DNA of 64,000 nt. Source: Camelus dromedarius (taxonomy: Eukaryota). The DNA lies in contig NC_087437.1 of the NCBI RefSeq assembly GCF_036321535.1, forward strand, positions 83,826,001-83,890,000, read 5' to 3'. Made by a program: the position numbers and the translations under genes. The notes under the pieces were generated by a model. The model made no database searches. It saw only the letters and a program-made list of their open reading frames with translations, and was not told the DNA's origin. This document shows, piece after piece, positions 13,739 to 27,541 of the stretch (positions are counted from its first letter, which is position 1; each line of letters starts with the position of its first letter).

Positions 13739-14745
13739 TGAGAAAAAAATGGCAGCTCTACAATCAGAAGCTGGCCTCGCTCTCAGAGCTGGGCACTGTT
13801 ATTCTCCTGTAAGACATTATACCAATCTCGACAAGGTTACTTTGAGACCTTGATAAAATGAGACTGAGCAAGGTTACTGCATAGCTTTGCCTAAGCATAG
13901 ACAAAGGCCAGGTCACAGTGCCAAAAATACTACATAACTCCTCCTCTCTTGGCTAAAATGAATGGCTGCTCCTTCTCTACCAATTATAACCTTATTCTTG
14001 TTCTAGTCTCCCCTTCCTGTAGATAAGATTCACTAAGATACTATGGCATCAGTCCTATAGTTAAGGCCCAGTATCATGTGCTGCTTTGACATCTGGGGGG
14101 AAACCAGGAGGGCCTCCAATACCCTCACCATAGGTTCTCCTCCTCACTCTGCTCCCACAGATAAGGTCCTCCAGCCAAACAACCCTCTTATCCCTGAATA
14201 GCAGATTTCACTTTCCTGCCAGTCTGTGGAATGATTCAAGCAAGCTGATCACATCCTCCTGAGGGAAGGCGGGGGGCACCCTACCCTCTTGATACTACAA
14301 AGCTTGCTTCCCAGAATCCCTGGCTGTCCACTCAGTTCTCAAGCATAACCCCTGAGTGGCCCTAGGTGGCATGTGGTGTTTTGCCTCCTCCCCTGGGGTC
14401 TTAAATGTATGTAATTTATAAATACCTGCTAATCGCATCTGTCCAATGTCAGGTGTTGCATATTTGGCAAACCCAGGGAGAATACAAGGCAATGAGAACA
14501 GATACTCAACCACAGTTTGCCACTGCTTCCTGACAGCATTTAATCTGGAGCAAACTCCTGCTTCCTTAGACCCTCTCTCAAATCACCCAACCAAAGCCCA
14601 AATGCTTTAATAGATTCTTTCTAACACCCTCTGACACACACTATGGTTCCCTAAGGTATGTGTTTTCCCTCACTGAAATAAGCAGTACACCCAGCTTTTT
14701 CAACTATAGTGTGATTATGGGGTCTTTGACTTGAGATTATTAGCA
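13739..14745 (+). mobile_element. ERV1-class solo LTR (MER31-like), split by a nested LTR
   Basis: TG...CA ends with near-TSD TAAG/TAAT. MER31-like segments (cctgcttccttagaccctctctcaaatcacccaaccaaagcccaaat) continue across the insert. Confidence 0.75.
14042..14500 (+). mobile_element. ERVL-class solo LTR (MER74/MER73-like) nested in the MER31-like LTR
   Basis: Perfect 5-bp TSD GATAC (14037-14041 and 14501-14505); ends ...AACA; motifs gatactacaaagcttgcttccc and gtggccctaggtggcatgtggtg. Confidence 0.75.
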
Positions 14746-16463
14746 TAATATATTTACTGCATGGCACTTCTGACTATGTGAAATGATCTTTGAAATTCAT
14801 TTTTAACTAGTTTACACATTTATTAACTATCCCTCCATTTCAACACCTCCCCTTAACCCCGTCCTGTCAACTGTAATATAAGTCATGTAGGAATGAGCCT
14901 TAACTATTTCTATTACAAATTGTATGTTTAGTACATCATAAACACTACTTTAATATTTGTTGCCTCAATGAAATGAATGAATTAAAGGAAAAAATGACTC
15001 TAGACCCAAAGTTGGGATATCTTAGAGTAGAGATAGACAAAAGTCTCCAATATGCTAACTTTTAAAATTTGCATACTGTCTTTTCCTTTTGTTTCATTTT
15101 GTACAGCTAAGAGACACCTTGAAACCTTTTTAGTCTGTGGGTTTTTTTTTTTTTTTTTTTTTGGTCTTAACTCCACAATTCATTTTCTGTAAAGGAAATA
15201 GGAAGATTTATGTGTCGTATAAAGAAAGAGTTAAAAAGAAGAGGTATAGAGGAAAAAACATATAACAGATTTTAAATTGAGTTCTAGAGAGATTTGTTAG
15301 TCTCTTGAGGTCTTAAGGTAAATTCCATTATTATTAATGTTATCAAGAGGGTCACCTACTCAATCGTATTCACTGCCTGTCTTTCAAGGATGAAATATCA
15401 GAATCCTTATGACTAATTCTGCCTGATTTCTTTCTGATACATAGCACACATTCTACATATAAAAGAGAACAACATTTTTTGAAAACATAACCTGACACCA
15501 GTTGAAGTCATATTTGAATGCCTCTGATTCAACTTCACAGAAAGGTTCACCATAATGCAAGATTTCTCATGCTTAACAAGGCCTGTCAGTGGGAAGAGTC
15601 GACTAAGACACGGAAGAGAACAGGTTCTCACAAGTCAAGGCTTCTATTTCTGGCCTCGCCACTAATCTGTTTTGCGGCGTTGGAGGAAGCTTTATTAGTT
15701 TTTCCTGCTTTAGTTTCATTGCGGGTAGGTTAAATACATACCACCTGTCTACTTCTTGAGAGATAAAGATTAATGTGTACATTTTTGCAAAGCTTTTGGA
15801 GTCTAAGAAAAATTCCATGTAACTACTGGGTTTTTTTAAATTATACCGATACCAGAGAGGAGATGTTAAATATGTCACTCTAAGTATCCTCCACTGATTG
15901 CTAGATTCTTAAAGCCCAGGCCAGGGAGCAGGATTTCTCTAAGACATGAGAATGAGGTTTTTAAACTTCTTACCAAACAGCATGTCAGGATTTTTTCAGT
16001 GACTAAGTTCAGTAACACATTCTCCATTTTTCCCCACGCCACACTCCAAATGTCAGACAGCCGCCTTTTCTTTTTCAGCAAGGTCTTATTCTTTTCTGCT
16101 ATAACATGCTCTCAAATACAGTACTGTCCTCAAGGAGATCAAAGATTTCTCTCTCCTTCTGATACCATACAGTCCAGTATATTACTTACTTGTTGGATAC
16201 TCTAATTCATATCATTTTGACTTTTCAAACTCACTGATACCTCAACCCCTAGAAGACCTTTTTAATCCAGTGTCTCTTCCTATACCACATGGCCTCTCTG
16301 ACCACCTGCCTTCTTGCCTCAAGGTATATTAAAAGAGCTTCTCTTTAGACTACAAAATATTTGCATTTCAAAACTCTGCTTGATGCTCTATCAAAATTGA
16401 TTCTCTATTCTGCCATCAGAAAAATCGTTTCAGAAATAAAATCTAATTTAAAAACTCTCTGTG

Positions 16464-16754
16464 GAATACAGACTTGTGGTTACCAGGGGGGTGGAGGGTG
16501 GGAAGGGATAGACTGGGATTTCAAAATTGTAGAATAGATAACAAGATTACACTGTATAGCACAGGGAAATATACACAAAATGTTATAACTCACAGAGAAA
16601 AAAATGTGACAATGAGTGTGTATATGTCCATGAATGACTGAAAAATTGTGCTGAACACTGGAATTTGACACAACATTGTAAAATGATTATAAATCAATAA
16701 AAAATGTTAAAAAAATAAAATAAAATAGCAATTGAAAAAAAATTAAAAAAAAAT
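16464..16754 (+). mobile_element. Young camelid-type L1 3' end with poly(A) tail
   Basis: G-rich 3' UTR, AATAAA and A-rich tail. TSD aaaaactc(tc)tgtg at 16450-16463 and 16755-16766, at a TT/AAAA endonuclease site. Confidence 0.88.
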
Positions 16755-17212
16755 AAAAACTCTGTGACTTAGAGAAAGTTACTGAATGTCTTCAAATCTC
16801 AGTTTCCTTATCTAAAAAATGTGACTTATCTGTTTTGGAGAATTATAAGAAGTAAAGGGACTGCCTCTGGCTTCCACTAGCTTCCATACGCTTCCACTAG
16901 CCCTGCAGCTACCACTTCTCTGCAAATAAAACCTAGGACCAATCCAACCATCGGCCAGTCTCTCCTCCCACAGTCAGGTTACTGAGCACCCTGCACTGGA
17001 TCTCGGTGTTACTAGAAATGTATAGTTTTTTTCTCAGCTATATTCCCTTATCAGTACACAGACTATCAGGGTAATAGCTTTCACTACCACCAGCTACTGC
17101 CTTAGGCTGTTAAGTTTCAAATCTACACTTGCAGCTCAGACTTCTCTCTTGAACTCCAGACTTGTATAACCACTGAGAGGTCTCCTAAGGGCAGTCCTGT
17201 CATTATCTTTTA

Positions 17213-17585
17213 CACTAGCAGCATTGGGCTACTATTAAAAAATACTATAGATTGGGTGGTTTAAACAACAGAAGTTTATTTTCTCATAGTTTTTAAGGCT
17301 TGGAAAGAACAAGGTGCCAGATAACTGAGTTCCTGGTGAGAGCTCTCTTTCTGGCCTGTGGATAGCCACATTCTAATTGTCTCCTCATGTGGCCCTTATT
17401 GGTGAGGCCATGGGGAGAAAAGAGATCTCTCTCTTCCTCTTCTTATAAAGCCACCAGTCCTATCAGTAGGTCCTTATGATCTCATTTAACCTTAATTAAA
17501 ACCTAGAAGCCCTATTTCCAAATTCAGACACATTGGGGGTTAGGGCTTTAACACAGGGCTGAAGGGACACAGTTCAGTCCATAGC
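17213..17585 (-). mobile_element. MaLR LTR, MLT1A-like
   Basis: gggtggtttaaacaacagaagtttattttctcatagtt...cacattgggggttagggctt...cagttcagtccatagca. Confidence 0.85.
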
Positions 17586-17635
17586 ATCTCTTCAAACCCA
17601 TTTTCCTGTCTTCATTCTGTAATTTATGTAGTAGC

Positions 17636-18098
17636 TGTGGTTGGTTGAATATTGGCTCTCCAAAGATGTCCACATTCTAATTCATAGACTCTGTGAATAT
17701 GTTACCTTGTATAGCAATATTACAGATATATTAAGATAATAATTTTGAGATGTGATTATCCTGGACAATCCAGTTGGGCCAAACGGGTTCTTATAAAAGG
17801 GAAGCAGGATGGACAGTCAGAGAAGGAAATGAGATGATGGAAACAGAGGTAAGACAAGTCAGAGAAAGACTTGAAAATGCTAAGCTGCTGGCTTTGAAGA
17901 TGGGGAAAGGGACACAAGCCCAGGAATGCAGGAGACCTTTAGAAGTTGGAAGTCAAGGAAACAGATCGTTCCCTCATGTGCCCAGAATCCATCAGTACTG
18001 TCAACTCCCAGGGTTTTAACCCAGTGAGACTGATTTTGGACTTCTGACTTCCAGAACTGTAAAATAATTATTTTGTATTTTTATTAAGGCAGTAATTT
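17636..18098 (+). mobile_element. MaLR LTR, MLT1C/D-like
   Basis: ccaaagatgtccacattctaat...ctgtgaatatgttacct...gctggctttgaagatgg...ggacttctgacttccagaactgtaa. Confidence 0.85.
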
Positions 18099-18116
18099 AA
18101 AAAAATACATGGATGG

Positions 18117-18360
18117 AGAGATTTGCAGGTGCTAACTACTACATATAAAATAGATAAACAACAAATTTCTTCTGCATAGCACAGAGAACTCTAGTCAGTA
18201 TCTTATAGTAATGTATAATGAAAAAGAATATGAAAATGAATATATGTATGTGTATGTATAACTGACATATTATGCTGTACACCAGAAACTGACGCAAAAT
18301 TGTAAACTGACTATACTTCAATTAAAAAAAAAAAAAAGAAAGAAGAATCCAAACAAAACC
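18117..18360 (+). mobile_element. Lineage-specific L1 3' tail
   Basis: atataaaatagataaacaacaa...gctgtacaccagaaactgac...ctatacttcaattaaaaaaa; flanking direct repeat catggatgg (18108-18116, 18361-18369). Confidence 0.85.
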
Positions 18361-20229
18361 CATGGATGGCTTTTAGCACAGAATGAGTGCTCCAATACTA
18401 GTTTCCATTTTAGGCTGGATAATATACCCCTCCTAACCATGACTCCTTATTACTCTCCATTGTGCACCTTTTACATTCTTCTGTTAACAGGACTTCTCTC
18501 ATTAGCTGTGAGTTTCTGTTCACTCATTTCTCTCACGACACTGCGAAAATTTTGAGCACAGGGATTCTGTCTTCATTGTAATTCCCAGTGTCTATCATTG
18601 TGACCAGCACGGATAACTAATGTTTACTGAACAGACGAGTGGACAGACATCCTCACGTTAGACACCTTCATCAGTATTGAGCTCTCTATGTGGAAGTACA
18701 CACTAAACATCTTCCAGTGTTATTTGAGAGGGCAACCATGAGAGAATATCATTTACCCCAGCATGTGAATTCTTGCACAAGCAAAGTAAGACATTTTGGA
18801 ATTCAGTCAGGCAATAAACATGATCAGTATTCACAGTGGAGGACTTGTGTTTAGACAAGCATGACTAAGAGAAGCTAGTGGACTGTCAGCTCTAGTGGTC
18901 AAAATGTTTTCAAAAGAGGGAGAAAAAGCAGCTTTCCAAAAACACGTAGATGATTATTTTGATTTAAAAAGCCAACGAGTGTCCTGAGTTACTATTAAAA
19001 ATGATATTATGCAATTTTTTAATAGCAATAGAGACTTTGAATAGCTTTAATATACCAAAGGTTTATAATGGAACTAAATAATATTAGTTCATTTTATCTT
19101 AGACTACAGAAAATATACATTGATAATCACTAACACCTCTGTAAATTAAACCATGATTCAGAATTGCAGACATTTTTATGTGATTATTTATTCTCAAGGG
19201 ATAATAACAGACAGATGTTCTAATAAAATAAACATTAAAAAGTTTTTCATGTTAAAGTGCTATTTTCACTAATGTAAACGTTATTTTAGGCAAACTTTTA
19301 TTCAGTCAGTTTTGTGTCTCAGAAGACATTAATTGTGTTTTATCTATTAAAAAGTTTATGCTTCATTATTTTATTTATTCAAAAGATAATGTTTTCACTG
19401 AGTCTAGATTGCAATATATACCATTATTATATGTACTTCTAGGAAGGAAATACTATTGTCAATTAAACTATGAATGCTATCAATTGCAGGATGCTACCTA
19501 AATTCACTGATATTAAAATGAGAAAATTTACTAGAGCAAAACCAAAAGAAGAGGAGAAATCGCCCATAGGCCCAATAACTGGAATACAATCTTATTTTGG
19601 TGTATATATTTCTAATCTATTTCACAAGCATAAAGTTTATATTTTTTTTTCTTTAAGTTATGCTCCTTCTATATGGTATTTTTATGTATATACTTAAGAC
19701 ACTTTATTGACTTGGTATTATAGTATATGTAGTTTCCATGTTATTACATATAACATAATTTAATTTAACAAATCTCTTTTTAAAGAGCTTTGTAATCAGT
19801 CCCCAATTTTTCTCTTACTGAAAAAAAAGTTTTTATTATCAAATGTCATATAAGTCATTATTATAAGCATTACAGAGCAACATTTTTGCCATTTAAAATT
19901 TGTTACAATTTCACTAACTAAACAAATAAGCACTTTAAATATAATTATTGAAACAAATCCAAAAGAAGTGAAGAAATAATTTTTGGCCAATGATATATCC
20001 AACCTAAGAAAAATGCCCAGCATTACATTTCATTAATCTTAAAATATAAGTAAAAAACTCTTTTCCTAGCTCACAGCTTTGACTGGAATAAAATTTTAAT
20101 ATTCTTTGAAAGAGTTAGTGTATCTGTATTTTTAGAATTATGCATTTGGTAAAATTTGCTCCCCAAACCCTAAATTTCTGGATGTGAAATTCCTTTGTGG
20201 GCAAAAAATTGTTAGATACTGATACAGTT

Positions 20230-21110
20230 ATGGAATGGATATAGAACAATATAGGATCTTACTTCTCTTGAATTTTTGTTATATACAATGTTCTAGAAAC
20301 TTGTCTGCTTTATCCAGTTTTTACATTTACCGTCATAAAGCTGTTTATATTTTCCTATTGATTTTTAAATATTTGTTTATTGGTAGTTATAGCCTTCCCT
20401 TTTGCATCTGTAATACTGCTTACTTATGCCTTATATTTTTCTTGATCTATTTTGTCAGTTTTATAGTTTAATATTTTTAAGAAAATAATTTTTGATTTTG
20501 TTGCTATTTTGTTTTCTATTTACTATTTTAAATATTTTCTTTAATATTCCTCTCCCACTTTCTCTGTGATTATTTTACTCCTCTTTTTCTAAATTGTTAA
20601 GTTGGATGCCTAGATCATTAAGTTTTAGTAGTTCATTTCTAAAATAAGCATTTTAAGGCTATATATGCATTAACCTCTCAAGTACTGCATTTGTTGTACC
20701 CCTTAAATTTTAAAATGTTTTCATTATTATTTAGTTGTACAGGTTTTCTAATTTATATTAAACTAACCCATGAGTTATTTAAAAATACATCTTCAGCTAA
20801 TTTTTTATGTTACCTTTTTATTATTTCTAAGCTAATTGTATTTTGGTTAGAAATATATTCTGTAAAAATCTGAGTTGTTGCAAACTGCTTTATGGCCTAG
20901 TATGTGATCAGTTTTCATTAATATTTTGTGTACATAAAGAGAATGTGATTTGGAAAATTTAGGATTATTATTTTATCTACATATTCATCAGGCAGAATTT
21001 GTTAATTGTATTGTTAACGTCCTCTAGCCTCACTGATTTTTTTCAACTTGATCTAGCAATTATTAAAGGAAATGTATCAAAAATTCCATTCAAAATCTAT
21101 ACTTTTGGTA
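20230..21110 (-). mobile_element. Highly diverged old L1 ORF2 fragment
   Basis: T-rich antisense L1 pattern (ttttaaggctatatatg...ctctcaagtactgc; tttatggcctagtatgtgatcagtttt). Confidence 0.65.
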
Positions 21111-21402
21111 TGGTACCTGCAACTCTAAGTTTAAAACTATATACTATTTCAAGTGCGCCCAAATTAGCCAGGAATAGCAGTAGCCACTCCAGATTAGATG
21201 GCACCACATATCACGTCTGAAAGGAAAAATAATGAGTTCAACTCTACGACTTTAGCTCTTCAAGAGTATCTGCTAAAACTACAGAAACAACGTCTAGTCT
21301 TACTTATCAGATTAAAAGCTCAAGAAATGGTTGATAGCTGCAATATTATCATAAGTTTCAAGTACTTTCTAAGTTTAACCAAATTTTATTTTGCTTTGTA
21401 GA

Positions 21403-21535
21403 TTTTTCAGGGGGAGGTTAATTAGATTTACTTATTTACTTATCTATTTATTATTTTTTAATAGAGGTACTGGGGATTGAATCCAGGACCTTGTGCATGC
21501 TAAACATGTACTCTAACATTGAGCTATGCCCTCCC
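21403..21535 (-). mobile_element. tRNA-derived camelid SINE (Vic-1 type)
   Basis: Minus strand GGGAGGGCATAGCTCAATGTTAGAGTACATGTTTAGCATGCACAAGGTCCTGGATTCAATCCCCAGTACCTC; degenerate A box (21515-21526) and B box (21474-21484); AT-rich tail ending ...ACCTCCCCC-A(n). Confidence 0.8.
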
Positions 21536-21644
21536 GACCAGCACACTGTGTTTTAAAATCAAGAGTGAAAAAGCATAAGTTAAAACAAAAACTCACTAGG
21601 CCAATGGAAGATAGAAGTAAAGACAAAAATTCATAATAATGTAA

Positions 21645-21670
21645 ATATATATATATATATATATATATAT
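21645..21670. repeat. (AT)n microsatellite
   Basis: Direct read: about 13 AT units. Confidence 0.95.
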
Positions 21671-22429
21671 CATATGACTTTGAAATTTGAGATTAATAAG
21701 TCACAGAATTTTCAGAAACTTCAAAAAACATGTGCAGACATATAAGACTGCAAGCAGAGCAGAGAGAGATGCTAAATATTTGTCATTGTTTCTGTTTCTT
21801 TTTTCTCTTTTGAATAATGAAAAGACAGATGATTCCTTTGAATTTCACTACGCAGAAAATCATGAATCAGGGAAAATAGGACAGTGTCTGTGTTCATGTT
21901 AGTGGAATAAACGAAAGCTGCATGTCACTTGTCATGGATGCTGTTTCTTTTTGATTAGAAAAGAACAGTCAGAAAAAATATCTACAGCTAAAAAGTAAAA
22001 TCTATTGCAAATGTATATAGAGAGAAATTTTTGTGATATTATAAAACTAGTATTTCCACACACTGGCTGCTATCTTTAGATAAAAACAGATCAATCTATT
22101 TTTTGATCCATCATTTGCTTTCATGTTTTATTTAATCAAAAGTAAGCACAACATGCTCTTTAAACAAAACATGTTGAATAATATGGATTATTAATTGCTT
22201 TTTAACATCAAACATTTAAAGTTTAAGAAGATAAATAAGAAACAATTCTAATAGTCTTATTTCATGTTGTGAAAAACGACATGAAAAGGGTTTGGATTAA
22301 AAATAAGGCAGAGTCAGAAACCAATATCTATTAGAAGATATTAGAAGAATACATTTACTTTTGAGGGCTCTCCAGGGCTTGTCTCAATTTTGTAGAGCAC
22401 TGAAAACACAGTAGGTCTTGCAATTGTTT

Positions 22430-24700
22430 AAAAATGGTAGCATGAACATGTGCTTATCTCCCTTCCCTGTCTGATACCCCTCTAACAATAGAAAAGAAAC
22501 ACTAAACCCTTAAAGACAAAGGACCAGTGAGGGGACTTCAGTGGATGAGAGCTTGAAGCAAACTTTTGAAGATGGAAAGTGACTGGAGAGTATTGATGGG
22601 TGCAGTAGGGCATAAAAAGGGAGAGAAGAGGTTGCTTTTGTTTAGAGGAGAGAAATTCACATGGCAGAACCATGGATGGACTCTTGGCTCGGTTGCAACC
22701 ATTATGGCAAAGGGCAGGAGTGAGACATGGGCTCTAAATAGGGCAAGGGTATAGTGTGAAAGTTTTACAAGGAAGAGTTGACCTCTAATTTCCACAAAAT
22801 ATCAGAAAATTCTTTTCTAGGAAAAAAATATTTCCTTGGAAAATACAAATCACATATTGGCAGTTGAGTATCTCCAATGAAACACTTCCGTAACCAACCA
22901 AGTGTTGTCTGCATGCTCACTCTGGCTCCAATCAGTGCCTCACTCATGAAAATGAATGGAAAGTCATGCATCACCAGACATGTGAAAAAAATACCCAGTA
23001 TGAAAGAGAGGCAAAAATAATAAAACAGAAACAAGTAAACTAGAAGAAAAAATGATGGTGTGCTAGAAGATATTTCATCTATCAAGAAAGATCTGGATGC
23101 TCAAAGAATGAGCTAATAAGAACATTAGAGAGATATATGGAAATTAAAATTATAGCAGAAAAAATGCTCAATAGAAGTCTTGAAACATAAGTAGATATAG
23201 CCGAGGAAGTCTGCTACAAAACAGAACAAATCTGCATCTATGAAGAATAAACCCAAAAACCACATATATGAATTTAATGCTTAAGACGGTAAAAACTCAA
23301 TCCTGGGTTTCCATAAATGACTAATAGGAATTCCAGAGAGAATAAAGAGAACTCAGATGAGGAATATTGCCTAGAAATACTACTAAAGATTTTCAAAGAA
23401 CATCTCCAGATGAAAGAACCTGTATGTGTACAGCACATTAAAATGTAATTTCAAGGCAGAATCCCCTGGCATTGAATTGGTCAGGAGCAAGGCTGTCTCC
23501 TAAAACACAGTAGAGCAGTGCCTTTAAAATTCAGAGGGAAAAATATTTTTAACTTGCAATTCTATGCATAGATTATTTACTGCATTTACTGAAAAGACAT
23601 TTTCAGATACAAAAGAAAATATAACTTGTCTGCAAACTTTCCACTCTCAGGAAGCAAACGGAGGGTTTGTTCCAGCAAAACGAAGATGGTAAATAGAGAG
23701 AGAGGAAAGTCCTGGGATATAGGAAATAGTAGCTCTAACTTAGTTAAATGACTAAGATAAAGGGTGAGTCCCATGTATCAGTCCAAAGGGAAGGAGGAGA
23801 ACAGAATTTAGGAATGCAGGTGCTCATGTGGCAGAGTCTGGATATACTGGACGATGCTCTAGTCTTAAAGCAGCCTAGAGCAGGTGTCGGCAAATATTTT
23901 CGTCAAGGGATGGATATTAAATATTTTAGGTTTGTGCAAAATTCTGACTCTGTTGCAACTACTTAATTCTGCAGTTGTAGCCCAAGGGCAGCTATAGACA
24001 ATAAGTAAACAAATGCATGTGGCTGTGTCCCAATAAAACAGACAATTTGGTCCATGGGCCAAAGTTCGCTGAAGCCCACTCTGGAGAAGCTCAGCCATGA
24101 ATTTCCAGCAGCATTACCAATAGGACACAGAAGAGCAAACCTACTCTGGAGAAGGTGGTATCATGAAAAAGGATCTATACAATTCAGCAGTCAGGTTAAG
24201 AATGGCTAAACTTTTCTCTTTTCTCAGCTTGGCAAAAAAATGACATCTGACTACCAGGAGTTCCTGTATTACAAATCTTAGCAGAAAGGGCCAAAACATT
24301 TAAAAAATACTATATAGTAATTTGAAAATAAGTTGTTTTTACATTTCCACTTTGATTATAGGTAAGAAACTACCAAGTGCATACAAATAGTATGTCTATT
24401 TGTTGGAAAAATATATAGACTTAAATACAATATTTAAAGTCATAAAGGTAACATCAGTTACAAAGGTAACAACTATATTGAGAGGATAGGTGGCTGTCTA
24501 AGGAAGTGAAATATTTATCTATGACAAGAAGAAGTCAATAGACAATGTCTAAAGTAAAAATGGATATGGAAGTAATCATGGGAATTATAAAAGAGAGTAA
24601 GTTAAAAAGTATTACTGCAGATGATGGAGAGTCAAGAGGAGGAGTGGTATGCTTGTGCTTTTCATTATAAGCCCTTTTGTTTTCTTTAATAATTTAGGCA
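22430..24700 (+). mobile_element. Ancient L1 ORF1-region / HAL1-like element, interrupted by MER58
   Basis: A-rich degenerate ORF1-like sequence (catcaccagacatgtgaaaaaa; aataggaattccagagagaa; ctctcaggaagcaaacggagggtttgttccagcaaaa). Boundaries approximate. Confidence 0.5.
23881..24078. mobile_element. MER58A-like hAT-Charlie MITE
   Basis: Begins caggtgtcggcaaa; internal ctctgttgcaactact...gcagctatagacaataagtaaacaaatg...ggctgtgtcccaataaaac. Confidence 0.8.
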
Positions 24701-25579
24701 TGTGCAAGCTATGCACTGTTAGCATCAAAGAGAGACTACCTTTCCTGATGGGATGAAGCAATGGAGGAAACCAGAGGACAGATTCTGGCAAGAACAGAAA
24801 GTCAAAGGTTTCCATTTAAATAAGGAACTGCATTAGACCACACGGAAAGGCCATGGACTTCATGTTCTAAACAATCCTTATGTTAACACACCTTCCCATC
24901 CTGAGAGTTTATTTACTCCACCATGAAAGCAATAAATGAGGGGCTATAAAATATCATAAATACCTGCCTTGCTACTGTTTCCATCTTTCAAAAAGTCATC
25001 AGGAGTTGTTAGTTGGATTTAATTCTGAATAAAGACCTATGAAGTGTAAGGGGTGGGAACTTGGGAAAACCGGAAACGATTTTCATTTTAAGATACCTAA
25101 CAGCCTAGGGGGAAGAAAAAAGCATTGGCCATAATTGTAGATATTAAACTTCAGGGTGGCAATTAAAAAAAGTCCATGGATTGAGTACAAATTCATGATC
25201 AGAGATTCTATAAAGGGTGAGGAATTAGTATCTATAAAATACAGAATTCCAACAATGCAAACACAATTATTCCAACGAAGAAGAAAATTAGACAGTATAC
25301 TAAATATTTGCTGCATAGAGAGCTCTAAGTTTAGATAGAGACATAGAGCTAACTTCTAAGGCAGAACAACTCTTGGATGACTGGAAAAGGATGATAATTG
25401 TACCAACTCAACTAATTGAGATGGAGAAAGACCTCAACAGTTTGTGAAAATTCACCTGTAAAAGCATGATGAAATTGAATAGGAATATTTATAAAATGGG
25501 AATATGAGACTATATGAGTTTGGATAGATAGATACACAAGAGATATGGTTTATATAGATATATAGTGTGGGCATATTAA

Positions 25580-26205
25580 TAAAATATAGCCTTGCACTCA
25601 GCATCATAAAGTCAGTTGGGCAGGTACAGAAACAGGCCTGGCTTAAAAGTAACTCATTTGAGAAAGACCACTGGGGATAAGCTGGTAGTAAGCCATCCCT
25701 ATGCCAACAGTGCATGGCAGCTGTTCAAAAAGTGAATGGAAAACCAGGCTGCATTAATTGAGGCCCAGCAGGAAAGGTGCTCTAGCTCTGCTTTCTACGC
25801 TGATTAGAAAATGTGGGGAATATTCGGCTCAGTTCTGAAAAGATTTAGAGAAGAACTCCAGTTCTCCAGAGGAAGGTTATCAGCATGATGCAGTATCCAG
25901 GAACCATGTCAGATGGACATGGTTGAAAGTTTTAGACAATTTAGGCAGGAAAAGAACAAGATTTATGAGGCTCACATGTTGTCTTCAAATATCTGAAGGG
26001 TCATGAAGTAGGTCAGAAGAAGGACTAGGTTTACTTTGTATAAGTTCCATTTTGCAGAATAAGTACCAGTGGGAGGTGTTATGAGATTACATACAGTGCA
26101 ATAAGGAAGCACACCTGTACTCAGAAAGATTTCCAATTTATTAGAACTGTTCCTAAGGCTTCCTGGTGAGGTCATGAACACTGTCACTGGCAGTATTCTG
26201 ATAGT
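25580..26205 (+). mobile_element. L3/CR1 LINE 3' fragment
   Basis: CR1 hallmarks: gccaacagtgcatggcagctgttcaaaaag...aggctgcattaat; tgtcttcaaatatctgaaggg. Confidence 0.7.
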
Positions 26206-27011
26206 TGGATAGTTAGAATCTTTTGTATCTCATTTGCTTTTCACAATAATCATGAAGTAGAATGGCATTTTATTTTTACTAGTTGCCCAATAAAAGCAAA
26301 AATCATTCCTCTTTTCTTTAATCATTTTTCACTCACTAAGTGATTAAAAACTAAAAAGTCACCAAAATAAAAAGGCACTAACCGTTACTAATAGCCAAGA
26401 AGCAGGGCTTGAGTCACATTTATGTCAAAAAAAAAAAAAAGAGGAAAAGCCTAGGCCTTGAGGAAAAATTAGATATAATAAAGAGCAAGTGCTACCAAAC
26501 TAAAATCTCTTGGAAACGTCCAAAATTCCTCTTCACCATCTCCACATCGCTGTCCTACCACTTCTCTCTCCCCCATCTAACCCGCCTTGTCCTCACCTTG
26601 GCATTCCTTATCTTTCAGATGCCATCTCCCTGATGCTGTCTGATCCACTCCTCTGCAGTGAGCTCTAGATTCTTTGAATTTCAATAGTGATTTATATGTA
26701 TGTTTTGCTCACTTACAGTGATGCTTCTTTCTACCCTGTCATTTCTATCTCCTTTCTACCTTATATATTAGGCTTTCCTTAGCTTCCCTCTTGAGGCTGA
26801 GGTTCTTTTTCATTCATTTTTGTAAACCTCACAGTACCTAACCCATGGCAGATTACCTAGTTGCTAAATAAGGAAAACATGAGTATCATTCATTAGGTAT
26901 ATGAAGAAAAAATGGTCTTGAAGACAAAATAGTAAATAAATTCATAATCTGTTATTCATACTAGGCTTGAAAAATAATGATTCTTTTTAAATTTTTTTTA
27001 AGAATCAGCTA

Positions 27012-27541
27012 TGTGGTGGGTTGTAAAACATGACTACAAATTCCTCCCAACCCTGGGAGGAAAAATGCGTGTCCCTTTGCAGTGTGACTTTGCTCTCTTC
27101 TCGTCAAGAGGTAGAATCTGTTTCTTCACTTTGTTTTGTTTGGGCTGGCCTTGTGACTTGCTTTGACCAAGATAAAGTGTCAGAATTATGTTGTAGGAGT
27201 TCAGAGCCAAGGTTTAAAGAGGCCTTACAACTCTTTTTCTTATCTGCTTAGAACACTGCCTTGAGACTGTCTCATCTAGCCTGTGGGTGGAGTTGAAGCC
27301 ATATGGAGTAGAGATGCATCATCCCTGCTCAGAATCCACCAACCACCTGACAACAACATGTTCATTTGAGCCACCATTTATGGGAGTGACCCCAAGTGAG
27401 ACCAAAAGACAAAATCCCCAGCTCCAGCTGAGTCCAGCCCAAACTGTTGACCCACAGAATTATGAATAAAATGAAACAATTATTATTTGAAGCCATTTAG
27501 TTTGGCAATGGTTTGTTACATAGCAACAGACAATCTGGACA
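27012..27541 (+). mobile_element. MaLR LTR, MLT1H-like
   Basis: tgggctggccttgtgacttgctttgacc...cagctgagtccagcccaaactgttgacccacagaattatg...ggtttgttacatagcaa. Confidence 0.8.

Noticed and set aside
16870..16901. Three 10-bp units gcttccacta/gcttccatac/gcttccacta; similar micro-duplications near 59389-59417 and 24443-24470
   Set aside because: Ordinary slippage duplications with no spacer structure; not CRISPR-like.
21460..21535. tRNA-like sequence
   Set aside because: Degenerate A/B boxes and an attached AT-rich tail mark it as a SINE head, not a tRNA gene.
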